The notes under the pieces were generated by a model that worked only from the letters and a program-made list of their open reading frames with translations, ran no database searches and was not told the origin of the DNA. The position numbers were made by a program, and so were the translations under genes. A stretch of DNA of 64,000 nucleotides from an uncultured Alphaproteobacteria bacterium (lineage in GTDB: Bacteria > Pseudomonadota > Alphaproteobacteria > UBA7985): positions 564-64,563 of the forward strand of contig CAJQLX010000009.1 in the NCBI GenBank assembly GCA_905479265.1. The letters run 5' to 3'. Position 1 is the first letter of the stretch; every line of letters starts with the position of its first letter. Below are positions 43,484-52,715 of this stretch, piece after piece.

Positions 43484-44644
43484 TTAGCTCTCTTGAGTTA
43501 CCCCGCCATTATGGACTGAAAACAAAGCAATTTCACCGCTTATTTCGCAGAATGTTATCGATTCGGTACCTGTCATCCATATTTGTCCACCCAAAGGCAC
43601 CAAAGCCTCCAGCAAAGCGGCTCTTCGGGGTAAATCCAAGTGCGCAGCCACCTCATCCAGCAGCATAATTGGCTTCAATCGACGCGCCGCGGTCAGCAAT
43701 TGCGCATGGCCCAGAATGACCGCGAGCAGCAGTGCCTTTTGCTCCCCCGTGGAGCATTGCGAGGCTTCTCGTCCATGGACCGCATGGTACACGTCCAAGT
43801 CAGAGCGGTGCGGTCCGACGGTCGATTGTCCCACAATGCCATCGCGGGCGCGAACCTCTGCCAGCTTGCGTCGGAATTGATCTTCGACATCCAGTGCAGA
43901 ATCCACCGCAAGGGCTGTTTCGATGCCCGCTTTGAAGCCCAGCCGCGCGCCGGGAAAAGGCCCGACGCCGCCGATAATCCGATCCGACAAGCGCCGCATC
44001 AAACCCCGCCGCGCCGCCGCCATCGCCACCCCCTGACGCGCCATGGATTCTTCCAGACTGTCCAGCCAAGTCGTATCGGGGGCGGTGTTGGCCTTGGTTG
44101 CGTCTTTCAGGATCTTCAAACGCTGGCGCATGACTTGGCCATAGGCTTGGGCATTGCTCACGTGACCGGGGTCGTAGGCGGCGACCAGTTGGTCAAAGAA
44201 CCGGCGACGATCCAGCGCTGGCCCCCGCCACAGCGCGTCGTCGTCAGGGGTCAGCCAGAGGATCGGCATGATTTCAGCAAACGCCGTTGCGCCGTTCTTG
44301 TTCTTGCCATCCAGCCGCAGCACGCGTTTGCCGCCAGCGGTATCCAAGCCAACACCCAGTTGGCGGCCCCCGAGTGGCGTTTCGACATGCGCCGAAACCG
44401 CCCATGTGCCACTGCCGTTCAGCAATTCACCCTCGGCGTTCCGGCTGGCCACCTCAGCGGCAGGCGCACCGCGCAAGCCCCGTCCGGGCGCGAACAAGCT
44501 GATCGCTTCGAGGAGGTTGGTTTTCCCGGCACCGTTCGATCCGACAAAAGCAACCGGGCCTTCGGGTAGGGTTACGTCAAGCTGCGCATACGAGCGGAAG
44601 TGTGAGCAGGCCAAGCGGCTGACCCAGACCGAGCCCGCGTCCAC
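43484..44644 (-). CDS. recF: DNA replication and repair protein RecF
   Basis: Walker A (GSNGAGKTNLLEAI), SMC-like signature, 386 aa. Confidence 0.9.
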   Translation of the reverse strand: MDAGSVWVSRLACSHFRSYAQLDVTLPEGPVAFVGSNGAGKTNLLEAISLFAPGRGLRGAPAAEVASRNAEGELLNGSGTWAVSAHVETPLGGRQLGVGLDTAGGKRVLRLDGKNKNGATAFAEIMPILWLTPDDDALWRGPALDRRRFFDQLVAAYDPGHVSNAQAYGQVMRQRLKILKDATKANTAPDTTWLDSLEESMARQGVAMAAARRGLMRRLSDRIIGGVGPFPGARLGFKAGIETALAVDSALDVEDQFRRKLAEVRARDGIVGQSTVGPHRSDLDVYHAVHGREASQCSTGEQKALLLAVILGHAQLLTAARRLKPIMLLDEVAAHLDLPRRAALLEALVPLGGQIWMTGTESITFCEISGEIALFSVHNGGVTQES

Positions 44645-44677
44645 CGGAAATCGTTCCTCGTGCGCCAGTCGCTTGGT

Positions 44678-45796
44678 CTAAACGCGCATCGGCATCAGGA
44701 CATACAGCACAGACGCGCTGTCCTTGTCCTTGACCAGCGTTGGTGATCCCGCATCGGCAAAAACGAATTCTGCGGCATCGCCTGACAACTGGGTCGCGAT
44801 GTCGAGCAGGTAACGGGCGTTGAAGCCAATTTCGATATCGGTTGAGCCGTATTCAACCTCGATTTCTTCGTTTGCCTGCCCCCGGTCCGGTGCGTTGGCC
44901 GACAAGTTCAAACGACCCGCTGTAACCGCTAACTTTACCGCCCGGCTTTCAGCCGACGCAATGGTTGAAACCCGGTCAACGGCATGGGCAAAGGTGGCCT
45001 TATCGACCATCATCGACTTGTCGTTGGCCGTTGGGATGACGCGCTCGTAATCGGGGAACGTGCCGTCGATCAGCTTGGAAGAAAGCGTCACGTCAGAAAA
45101 GCGGAATTCAATGCGCGACTCAGACATGGCCACGCGCACGCTTTCCTCGCCGCCGTCGAGCAGCTTAACCAACTCACCCACCGTTTTACGCGGCACGATA
45201 ACGCCCGGCATTTCCGCCGCGCCGGTTGGCAGAACGGTCTCGAACCGGGCCAAGCGATGGCCATCGGTTGCAACCGCACGCAGGGCCGCAGAAGCGCCCT
45301 CGCCCATGGCGTGCAGATAGATACCATTGAGGTAATAGCGGGTTTCTTCGGTCGAAATGGCAAAGCGCGTGCGCTCAATCAGCGTCTTGAGCTCTTCGGC
45401 TGGAATTTCAAAGGAAATCGGCATCGCAGCGCCATCGAGCGATGGGTAGTCTTCGCGCGGAAGTGTGGACAGCTCAAACCGGGCTTTGCCAGCGGTCAGG
45501 ATCATGCGGCCCGTATCGCTCTGACTTGTCAGCCCAACTTCGACCCCATCGGGCAGCTTGCGCACAATGTCGAACAGCATGTGCGCCGGCGCGGTGATCG
45601 CGCCCGGCTTGACCACAGACGCCCCGGTGGACTCCCGGATGGTCAGGTCCATGTCCGTCGCGGTCAGTGTGACGGCATCGCCTTCGCACTCAATCAAAAC
45701 GTTCGACAGGATCGGAATCGTGTTCCGGCGTTCCACAACGCTCTGTACGTGTGAAAGACTGCGCATCAGGCTTTGCCGTTCGATACGAAGTTCCAT
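44678..45796 (-). CDS. dnaN: DNA polymerase III beta sliding clamp
   Basis: Start MELRIERQSLMRSLSHVQSVVERRNTIPILSNVLIE. 372 aa. It is followed by recF. Confidence 0.9.
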   Translation of the reverse strand: MELRIERQSLMRSLSHVQSVVERRNTIPILSNVLIECEGDAVTLTATDMDLTIRESTGASVVKPGAITAPAHMLFDIVRKLPDGVEVGLTSQSDTGRMILTAGKARFELSTLPREDYPSLDGAAMPISFEIPAEELKTLIERTRFAISTEETRYYLNGIYLHAMGEGASAALRAVATDGHRLARFETVLPTGAAEMPGVIVPRKTVGELVKLLDGGEESVRVAMSESRIEFRFSDVTLSSKLIDGTFPDYERVIPTANDKSMMVDKATFAHAVDRVSTIASAESRAVKLAVTAGRLNLSANAPDRGQANEEIEVEYGSTDIEIGFNARYLLDIATQLSGDAAEFVFADAGSPTLVKDKDSASVLYVLMPMRV

Positions 45797-45851
45797 GGCG
45801 AATGTTCCCGTCCCAGCAAATATCAGGACGATAAGGAATAGCCCTCCGCGC

Positions 45852-46367
45852 TCAAAGGAACAAGAGCGAGTTGGATCTTCCTTGGGCCAGTTCAAGCATA
45901 GCCGCACGCTGTTCTTGGCTCAGCGACTGCAAGACCGTTGCTAAAGCGCGAAAAGCTTCATCATTTGACGCGCGCTGCTGATCTTGAATCTCTCGACGCA
46001 GCACGATGATCGCTTCGACATCAACCGTGTCCGACAGCAGCGCATCGCGTATGGCTTGCTCTTTGCTCCTGAAATGAGCGGCAAAATCGCGGCGCTTATC
46101 CCGGTGCGAACGCAGGAATTGGCGAATCCCGTTGGTTTGCTCGGCGGTTAGACCCAGCTGCTCCTGCATCTGCCGGAAATCGCGAGGGCCCTTGTTTCCA
46201 CCGCGACCACCCCGACGCCCACCCTCAATGGATGAGCGCGTCTGAATTTCCTGCTCCAAAACGCGAATGCTTTTAACCGCATCCGTCCGGCCTTTCAGAA
46301 GCGCCGCGCCCATGCCGATGTTCAGGGCAATCAAGCCAATCACTGCAATGCCAAGTATCCGTACCAT
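45852..46367 (-). CDS. Periplasmic LTXXQ-motif protein (Spy/CpxP-family, annotated in some genomes as a heavy-metal sensor), last gene of the ECF sigma operon
   Basis: Signal/TM segment (MVRILGIAVIGLIALNIGMGAALL), then a charged helical region with two LTXEQ-like motifs (LGLTAEQTNGIRQFL ; LSQEQRAAMLEL). Confidence 0.55.
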   Translation of the reverse strand: MVRILGIAVIGLIALNIGMGAALLKGRTDAVKSIRVLEQEIQTRSSIEGGRRGGRGGNKGPRDFRQMQEQLGLTAEQTNGIRQFLRSHRDKRRDFAAHFRSKEQAIRDALLSDTVDVEAIIVLRREIQDQQRASNDEAFRALATVLQSLSQEQRAAMLELAQGRSNSLLFL

Positions 46368-46377
46368 CTGCCCTGCC

Positions 46378-46878
46378 CTACTCGAAGCTACCGAAAACCG
46401 CGTCAAACGGGTCGATAACGGAACTGTCTGCGGCGCTGTTAAAGGCAAAGACCTCTGATGCACTTGCAGAAATCAGAATATCGTCGGTGCTGATCCCGAT
46501 GTCGCCTAAGCCCAATCCGCCAAAAAGCCCGGCGCTGAACCCAAAGACACCCAACACCAACCCGGCGGTCACACCACGCCAATCGCCACCAACCCAGTTA
46601 CTCAGGCGCGACAGCAAACCCCCGTCGCGCTCGACCGCCACCGACCCAGCAGGTCGGACCAACGGTGAAGCCCGCTCTGCCAACGCCTGCGCGGCCTCAA
46701 CGTCGGCGATCTGCGCCGTATCCAAGCCCGCCGCTGCAACAGCGCGCAAGGCCGAAGACTGCGTTAGCCCTTTGACCAAATCAGTGTTGCTTTCACCATC
46801 CAGAAAAGCCGCCATTTCCATCGGATCGAAGTCCTCTGGCAGCGCCTCAAACTCGGCTGGTTGTTTCGTCTTTGTCAT
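46378..46878 (-). CDS. Putative anti-sigma factor (single-pass membrane protein)
   Basis: Overlaps the ECF sigma gene by 4 nt (ATGA). Cytoplasmic N-terminal region, then a TM helix (GVTAGLVLGVFGFSAGLFGGLGLG). Confidence 0.55.
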   Translation of the reverse strand: MTKTKQPAEFEALPEDFDPMEMAAFLDGESNTDLVKGLTQSSALRAVAAAGLDTAQIADVEAAQALAERASPLVRPAGSVAVERDGGLLSRLSNWVGGDWRGVTAGLVLGVFGFSAGLFGGLGLGDIGISTDDILISASASEVFAFNSAADSSVIDPFDAVFGSFE

Positions 46879-47462
46879 TGTCCCTGGGCCTCCGCTTTCT
46901 GTTTGGCCTCAAATGCATCCCGCAGCTTGGTCAACGCCTTGTGTTTGGCGCTTCGAACCGTTTGTGCTGCGATCCCCAACTTGGTTGCGATGTCCTCGAC
47001 GTCCATGTCTTCATCAAACATGAGCTTGAGGATCACGCGTTGCCGTTCCGACAATCCGGCGTCACCCACCTCTTCCTCCACCGCTTGCAGCGCGGTCTCG
47101 GACTGGCCGATGGCGTCAAATGCCTGTGTTGCTCGCGCGTCTGACAAAGCCCCGGCGTGATCGTCGATATCCTCGGACTGAGGACGGCGACGACGCAGCC
47201 AGTCAATGGCCGTTGAGCTCGCAACCACACGAAGGAAAGTGGTCAATTTGGCCCGCTGTGGGTCAAACTTTTTTAGCAGGGCGAAATCGTGCTTCGAAAG
47301 TCGAATGAAGACTTCCTGACCGACATCTTCGATATCGTGCGCTTCGCCACGGACACCATAGCGCCCAAACGTCTGGCGCACGACGTGCAGTACCAAACCC
47401 GCATGATCCTGACAGAACGCCTGCCAAACCCGCGGTTCACCTTGTCGTAGCGCTTCGAGCAT
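46875..47462 (-). CDS. ECF-subfamily RNA polymerase sigma-70 factor
   Basis: Sigma region 2 (FCQDHAGLVLHVVRQTFGRYGVRGEAHDIEDVGQEVFIRL) and region 4 HTH (LSERQRVILKLMFDEDMDVEDIATKLGIAAQTVRSAKHKAL). Confidence 0.85.
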   Translation of the reverse strand: MLEALRQGEPRVWQAFCQDHAGLVLHVVRQTFGRYGVRGEAHDIEDVGQEVFIRLSKHDFALLKKFDPQRAKLTTFLRVVASSTAIDWLRRRRPQSEDIDDHAGALSDARATQAFDAIGQSETALQAVEEEVGDAGLSERQRVILKLMFDEDMDVEDIATKLGIAAQTVRSAKHKALTKLRDAFEAKQKAEAQGQ

Positions 47463-47558
47463 TCCGCCGTGATGTTCCCTTGCTAAACAACCACCAAAGA
47501 TGGTCGAACACCTGTCCTTCCCCGGTCTTTACGGCAAGAATTCGACGAACATCCCCAC

Positions 47559-48356
47559 TCAGCCAGATTTTTCCGGAAAAACCACCAAACAGGCTTCGGC
47601 ATCGTCCAAACGATAGCTGCCCTCGAACACCGTCCCAGCCCCGCCCTCTGGCAGATCCAACCCCTCAGCCATGGATAAATAGGCATAGCCGTCGGACGCC
47701 AGAGCATCCAGCAGCGCGGGATAGTCCACCGGCGAGCCTGCCAATTCATGCAAGCGCGCAAACCACCGCCCGCCTTGGGTCGCAAAGGCCGGCTCCAGCG
47801 AAAGCCACGCTTTCGGGGTCATCAAACGGCGCGGGCGAAACGCCATATAGCGCTCTGGCGAAACCGTCGCTGCGCCCGCTGGCGCTTCCCAAATAAAGGG
47901 TACGCCGACATGCCGTTCGGGCAAAATGGCGTCGTAGAAAGCGCGGGTTGTGGCATGCTCGGGACGGGTCGACATTTCCCACCGCAAGAACCGCGTTGGA
48001 CCCCAGCTGGTGTTGGTTTGCAGAATGGCCGACAGCAGGGCCCGGCCCAATCCCAACTGACGCCATGCCTTTGCAATGAACAAATCACCCAGATAGTAGC
48101 CCGGTATCTCAGGCGTTGCCGATCCGCGCCCCCCCAACGATTCCATGCCCAAGGAATAACCCGTTGGTTCGCCGTCGCTGTACGCGATGAACACGGTGAG
48201 ATGCGCCAAAGCCTTGGCGAGCGTGGCTTCACCGCTGACCGCGTGGGGCGACTCCCCACTTTCCACAGCAAATTGTTTGATGAGCTGCAACAGAGACCGA
48301 ACGTCGTTTGCGCCCGCACGCCGGACAACAACTTCATTCTGGTCGCTGGCTTTCAT
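47559..48356 (-). CDS. GNAT-family N-acetyltransferase (possibly tandem GNAT folds)
   Basis: Acetyl-CoA-binding motif (AKAWRQLGLGRALL) and a second acetyltransferase-like half. Confidence 0.65.
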   Translation of the reverse strand: MKASDQNEVVVRRAGANDVRSLLQLIKQFAVESGESPHAVSGEATLAKALAHLTVFIAYSDGEPTGYSLGMESLGGRGSATPEIPGYYLGDLFIAKAWRQLGLGRALLSAILQTNTSWGPTRFLRWEMSTRPEHATTRAFYDAILPERHVGVPFIWEAPAGAATVSPERYMAFRPRRLMTPKAWLSLEPAFATQGGRWFARLHELAGSPVDYPALLDALASDGYAYLSMAEGLDLPEGGAGTVFEGSYRLDDAEACLVVFPEKSG

Positions 48357-49093
48357 CGGCCTGCCGATCCGTCAAACACCAGCGCGTGCCAAGCATTCCC
48401 CTCAACCCGCAGCGTGTTTTTCGCAGCTTCGATATCCAAGTCTTCCGGGCATAGCGCGGCACACTGCGCCCAGAATGCCGGGCTGTGGTCCATGTGCTTG
48501 AGGTGCGCGACTTCGTGGGCGACGACGTACTCACGCACTTCGTCGCCTGCGAAAATCAACCGCCAACAGAAGTTCAATCCCGCCCGCGAAGAGCAACTGC
48601 CCCAGCGGGTTTTCGTATCTCGGACGCGCAAGGACCGAAAGGGAATGCCGAGCTTAAGCGATAGGCGATCTGCGCGCGCTTTCAGGTCTTCTGACGCTTG
48701 GGCGATCAAAAACCGCTGCAAGCGGAGAACCGGCTCACCCCGCGCAGGCAAGACCAGTTCGCCGTCAGCATTGGCCTGAATCACGGCGGCGGAGGCATCA
48801 ACGACAATGCGATATTCCCGGCCACGAAAAGGAATCACGCTGCCTTCGCGAACCACTTGGGTTGAAGGACGGGTTTCGACTTGCCGCTCTAACCATGCCT
48901 GATTGCGCGCCAAAAAAGCCCTCAGCGTCGCTGGATCGACGTGATGCGGCGCCGAAATCTTGACGAGGCTTTTGTTGGTGTCGATCCGCATGGTCAAGCG
49001 TCGCGCCCGTTTGAGACGGTTGACGGTGACATCAAACATCCGACCGGCGACTTCGATGGTTTCAGGATCTCGATAAAGCGTTTGAGCAGTCAA
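48353..49093 (-). CDS. M48-family metallopeptidase-like protein of the YgjP/DUF45 type
   Basis: HExxH zincin motif (VVAHEVAHLKHMDHSPAFW), typical of the DUF45/YgjP family. 246 aa. Confidence 0.7.
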   Translation of the reverse strand: MTAQTLYRDPETIEVAGRMFDVTVNRLKRARRLTMRIDTNKSLVKISAPHHVDPATLRAFLARNQAWLERQVETRPSTQVVREGSVIPFRGREYRIVVDASAAVIQANADGELVLPARGEPVLRLQRFLIAQASEDLKARADRLSLKLGIPFRSLRVRDTKTRWGSCSSRAGLNFCWRLIFAGDEVREYVVAHEVAHLKHMDHSPAFWAQCAALCPEDLDIEAAKNTLRVEGNAWHALVFDGSAGR

Positions 49094-49135
49094 ATGGGTC
49101 TCAGAAACGATTAGATGAGCAAGGCGTTGCGATTG

Positions 49136-50014
49136 CTATTCTTTTGCACCGATTCGACGCTTTTCCATAGACAAAAGTCGCTGCTTCCGTTTGACGCCCC
49201 AGCGATACCCCCCCATCGCGCCATCACTGCGAACAATACGGTGGCAGGGAATCAGCAACGAGACCTTGTTTGTCGCGCACCCTTTGGCAACCGCGCGCTG
49301 ACCGGCTTCCATCCCCATTTCCAAGCCCAATTCAGCATAAGAAAGAACCCCGCCGCTCGGAATCGCCAGCAAAGCCTGCCAAACCCGGCGCTGGAATGCT
49401 GTTCCTTGTACGTCCAAGGCGAGCTGCTGGCTGGGCATGGTCCCTGTTTCCAAATGGCCCACCACGTCTTCCAAAACCGCCCGCAGACCCCCTTCGTCGC
49501 GCCGCAAGGTTTCAGCGGCCTTAAACTCTGCCGCCAACGTCGCGCTCAGTTCAGCGTCACTGTCGCCGAACGACAGAAAGCAAATGCCAACCTGCGTCGC
49601 GGCAACCAGCAAACGACCCAAAGGGCTGCTCACAATATCGAAGGTAATGGCCGCGCCCTGACCGAATTTCGCGTAAGAGGCAGGCGACATGCCCAGTAGA
49701 AAACCGCTCTGCTCGTACACCCGGCTGGGGCTGCCATATCCCGCCCCATAGATGGCGTCAGTGACGCTTGGCGCGGACTTGAGTTGCGCTCGAAACGCTT
49801 GGGCACGCTTTTCCGCGCCATAGTCCCACGGCGATATTCCCACCACGCGCGAAAACACCTTTTGCAGGTGCGTGGGCGCGGTTTGCAGGTCTGCGGCCAG
49901 CACTTTGAGCGAAAGCTGTCCCGGCCTTGCCAGATCGGTCACACGCGCATCAATCAAATCGGCGGCTTGCTGCGCCAACGAAACATCCGCCGTATTTTCC
50001 GTGCTCTGGCTCAT
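49136..50014 (-). CDS. Ada-like bifunctional protein: AraC-type HTH regulator fused to methylated-DNA-[protein]-cysteine S-methyltransferase (Ogt/MGMT)
   Basis: N-terminal AraC-type HTH (PTHLQKVFSRVVGISPWDYG ... TDAIYGAGYGSPSRVYE). C-terminal MGMT active site (LIPCHRIVRSDGAMGGYRWG). There is no Cys4 zinc domain, so the methylphosphotriester-repair half of E. coli Ada is absent. Confidence 0.75.
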   Translation of the reverse strand: MSQSTENTADVSLAQQAADLIDARVTDLARPGQLSLKVLAADLQTAPTHLQKVFSRVVGISPWDYGAEKRAQAFRAQLKSAPSVTDAIYGAGYGSPSRVYEQSGFLLGMSPASYAKFGQGAAITFDIVSSPLGRLLVAATQVGICFLSFGDSDAELSATLAAEFKAAETLRRDEGGLRAVLEDVVGHLETGTMPSQQLALDVQGTAFQRRVWQALLAIPSGGVLSYAELGLEMGMEAGQRAVAKGCATNKVSLLIPCHRIVRSDGAMGGYRWGVKRKQRLLSMEKRRIGAKE

Positions 50015-50102
50015 TATTCGCTCTTTCTCCCAAGATCACTCGATCATGCGGACACCAACCTAGCGCAGACCGAGCGACCAAAACCTCCGAATCTTGCGTC
50101 AC

Positions 50103-50780
50103 CTATCCGCGTTCGTCGTCGTCCAGCGGTGCACCATTGGCAAAGCCCCACGGCTTGCGCGGGCTGAGGTTCACGTAGCCGGTTCGCCACGCCTTCTTGG
50201 ATTCATCTTCGCCGTATTCGACCCAATCAAAGCGGCTGATCGAACAGTTATCGACGCCAACGGACAGCGCCTTATCCGGCGTCAGGCCCATAGCGATTGA
50301 TGTCACCGCGCGGATAACGCCCCCATGCGCCACACACACAATATCCTTGCCCCGCAGCTTTTCCGTCCACTCCAGAATGCCCTCATGCACGCGCTCAATG
50401 ACGTCGATAAAGCTCTCGCCCTGCGGGGGGCGATATTCGGCGGTGGTATGCCAGAACGGATGCTGCTCACCGCCGGGCAATGCCTCGTCCCACGTCAGAC
50501 CTTCCCACGCGCCCAAGCCTTGCTCGGCAAAGCGGCCCTCTTGGGTGCTTTGCACCGGCGGGTATCCTTCGCGGATGATCGCATCTCGCGTTTTGTGCGT
50601 TCGGCCCGCCGTGCTGGTCAGCCACACAACATTTTCGCCCCGCGGCAAAGCGCGCGCAGCCGGGGCAAACATGTGCGTTTCACTGACATCCACAGGCATG
50701 TCTGACGCCCCATAGACGATGTGGTCGGGATTAATAACCGGCGCGTGACGCACCCAGAACCAACGCGTGACTGTAGCCAT
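50103..50780 (-). CDS. Histidine phosphatase-family protein, probably alpha-ribazole-5'-phosphate phosphatase (CobC-like)
   Basis: RHAP.. phosphoglycerate-mutase-like N-terminal motif. Located 18 nt downstream of cobS in the same orientation; cobT-cobS-cobC clustering is common. Confidence 0.6.
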   Translation of the reverse strand: MATVTRWFWVRHAPVINPDHIVYGASDMPVDVSETHMFAPAARALPRGENVVWLTSTAGRTHKTRDAIIREGYPPVQSTQEGRFAEQGLGAWEGLTWDEALPGGEQHPFWHTTAEYRPPQGESFIDVIERVHEGILEWTEKLRGKDIVCVAHGGVIRAVTSIAMGLTPDKALSVGVDNCSISRFDWVEYGEDESKKAWRTGYVNLSPRKPWGFANGAPLDDDERG

Positions 50781-50799
50781 AGACCTCGTCCACCTTTTG

Positions 50800-51567
50800 T
50801 TAGGACATCAATGAAAGCGCTGCACCGTAAAAGGCCAGCTCTGTCAGCATTTGGGTTGCGCCGCAAACGTCACCAGTCACACCGCCGTATTGCCACCTTG
50901 CAAAAAGGGCAAAGGCCACAGCCGTGATCACCGCAACCAGCGCGCCGACAAGAACAACAACCGGCGCCAGCGGCACCAACGCCACCAGAACAGCGCACCC
51001 AATGGCCAAAGCGATCAGGCCAATGACCAACGAAGGTCGCTCGGACCCGAGCCCTTCGGTGCTGGCCGCTGGTAAGACCGCCCAAACCACCGTCATCAAG
51101 GCGCGCGAGACCACACTTGCGCCGACCAGCACGCCAAGGGCCAAGGACCACTGGAAACCACCCGCCAATGACATCAGGAACCCAAGTTTTATCGCAGCCA
51201 TCAGAACCAGCGCCAGCACACCAAAGGTGCCCAAGCGGCTGTCTTTCATAATGGCTCGTTTTCGTTCCCGCGTGCTGCCGCCCAAGCTGTCAGCAACGTC
51301 GCCCAAACCGTCTTCATGCAGTGCGCCGGTCAGCATGATCGAACCGCCCATCACCAGCACCGCAATCACCACCGGATGCAGCCCCAAAGCGACCAGCAAG
51401 CCAACCGCCAAAGCCTGCGCAAATCCAATGAGCAAACCGACCACCGGAAACCCCCAAGCGGCGCTAGAAGCGGCAATATGGTCGCGAAACAGGGATGACG
51501 GCAGCGGGATCCGCGTCAGAAAAGCAAGGCTGGTGCTTAGGCTTCCCAGTGCCGAACGCCAATTCAT
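50800..51567 (-). CDS. cobS: Adenosylcobinamide-GDP ribazoletransferase (cobalamin synthase)
   Basis: LAFLTRIPLP motif and a polytopic membrane protein, consistent with CobS. Confidence 0.8.
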   Translation of the reverse strand: MNWRSALGSLSTSLAFLTRIPLPSSLFRDHIAASSAAWGFPVVGLLIGFAQALAVGLLVALGLHPVVIAVLVMGGSIMLTGALHEDGLGDVADSLGGSTRERKRAIMKDSRLGTFGVLALVLMAAIKLGFLMSLAGGFQWSLALGVLVGASVVSRALMTVVWAVLPAASTEGLGSERPSLVIGLIALAIGCAVLVALVPLAPVVVLVGALVAVITAVAFALFARWQYGGVTGDVCGATQMLTELAFYGAALSLMS

Positions 51568-51629
51568 CCTATATACCTCAAGACTGACCCGTTTTTTTGT
51601 TTCCAACGCTTTACCGCGAAGTTGATTTC

Positions 51630-52661
51630 ATGACCACCGAACAAAAACCAATTGCCTCCCTCGCTGAAATTCGTGCCCTGCGCGAAATCCTTCCCGGTAT
51701 CGATGACGCAGCCCGCGATGAAGCGATCGCGCGCAACGCCATTCTGACCAAGCCCGCCGGTGCGCTGGCCGATCTGGAAGACATCGCCATTTTCATGGCT
51801 GGATGGCAGGGCAAGGCAATGCCCGCCGTTAATCACCCACGCACCGCCGTTTTTGCCGGCAATCATGGTGTTGCAGCCTTGGGCGTATCCGCCTTCCCCG
51901 CAGAAGTCACGGCCCAGATGGTCAACAATTTCCAGGCTGGCGGCGCAGCGGTAAACCAGTTGGTCGCCGACCTCGATGGCGACTTAATGGTCTATGAAAT
52001 GGCGCTGGAACACCCCACTGAAGACTTCACCAAGCAGCCAGCCATGTCCGAACAAGAATGCGCGCAAGCCATGTCGTACGGCATGATGGCCGTTGAATCA
52101 GGCATCGATCTGCTCATGGTCGGTGAAATGGGCATTGCGAACACCACATCTGCCGCCGCCATTTACCACGCGCTCTACGGCGGAAAAGCCGAAGATTGGA
52201 CCGGGCCCGGAACGGGCGTCGAGGGCGATGCCATGACCAACAAAATCAACGTGGTGCGTCAGGGCGTCGAGCGGCATGGTGCAGACGCAGCCGACGGGTT
52301 GGACATCCTTGCCCGCTTGGGCGGCAAGGAAATCGCGGCAATCGCCGGGGCGATCCTCGCGGCGCGCATGGGACGGGTTCCCGTGATCCTCGATGGCTAC
52401 ATCAGCTGCGCGGCTGCGGCCTGCTTGCACGCTTGGGCGCCAGAATCCATCGATCATTGCCTTGCCGGGCACTTATCGGTCGAAGGCGCACACCGCGACG
52501 TGCTCGATCGATTGGGTAAAAAGCCGATCCTGCAACTGGGCATGCGCCTGGGCGAAGGATCCGGCGCGACGCTTGCTGCGCAAATCGTGCGTTCGGCCTG
52601 CAGCCTGCACCGCGGCATGTCGACCTTTGAAGACGCTGGTGTCAGCGATAGCATTCATTAA
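51630..52661 (+). CDS. cobT: Nicotinate-nucleotide--dimethylbenzimidazole phosphoribosyltransferase
   Basis: CobT motifs (VFAGNHGV, GEMGIANTTSAAAI, ILDGYISCAAA). It is divergent from cobS. Confidence 0.9.
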   Translation: MTTEQKPIASLAEIRALREILPGIDDAARDEAIARNAILTKPAGALADLEDIAIFMAGWQGKAMPAVNHPRTAVFAGNHGVAALGVSAFPAEVTAQMVNNFQAGGAAVNQLVADLDGDLMVYEMALEHPTEDFTKQPAMSEQECAQAMSYGMMAVESGIDLLMVGEMGIANTTSAAAIYHALYGGKAEDWTGPGTGVEGDAMTNKINVVRQGVERHGADAADGLDILARLGGKEIAAIAGAILAARMGRVPVILDGYISCAAAACLHAWAPESIDHCLAGHLSVEGAHRDVLDRLGKKPILQLGMRLGEGSGATLAAQIVRSACSLHRGMSTFEDAGVSDSIH

Positions 52662-52715
52662 CGCTGCGACGGTCTAAACCCTTTCTTTTTGCGTCAATCC
52701 TGACAGCTTAGGGGC

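Noticed and set aside
43640-45754. + strand ORFs (43640-44569, 44984-45754) antisense to recF and dnaN
   Set aside because: Shadow ORFs.
47748-49699. + strand ORFs (47748-48779, 49115-49699) antisense to the GNAT, M48 and Ada-like genes
   Set aside because: Shadow ORFs. The minus-strand genes carry catalytic motifs (HExxH, PCHR).
50924-51625. 233-aa ORF antisense to cobS
   Set aside because: Thr/Ser/Ala/Pro-rich. cobS membrane topology is coherent on the minus strand.
51567-51630. Possible cobalamin riboswitch between divergent cobS and cobT
   Set aside because: The intergenic space is only about 60 nt, far too short for a roughly 200-nt B12 riboswitch, and no conserved B12-box (rAGYCMGgAgaCCkGCc-like) is present.
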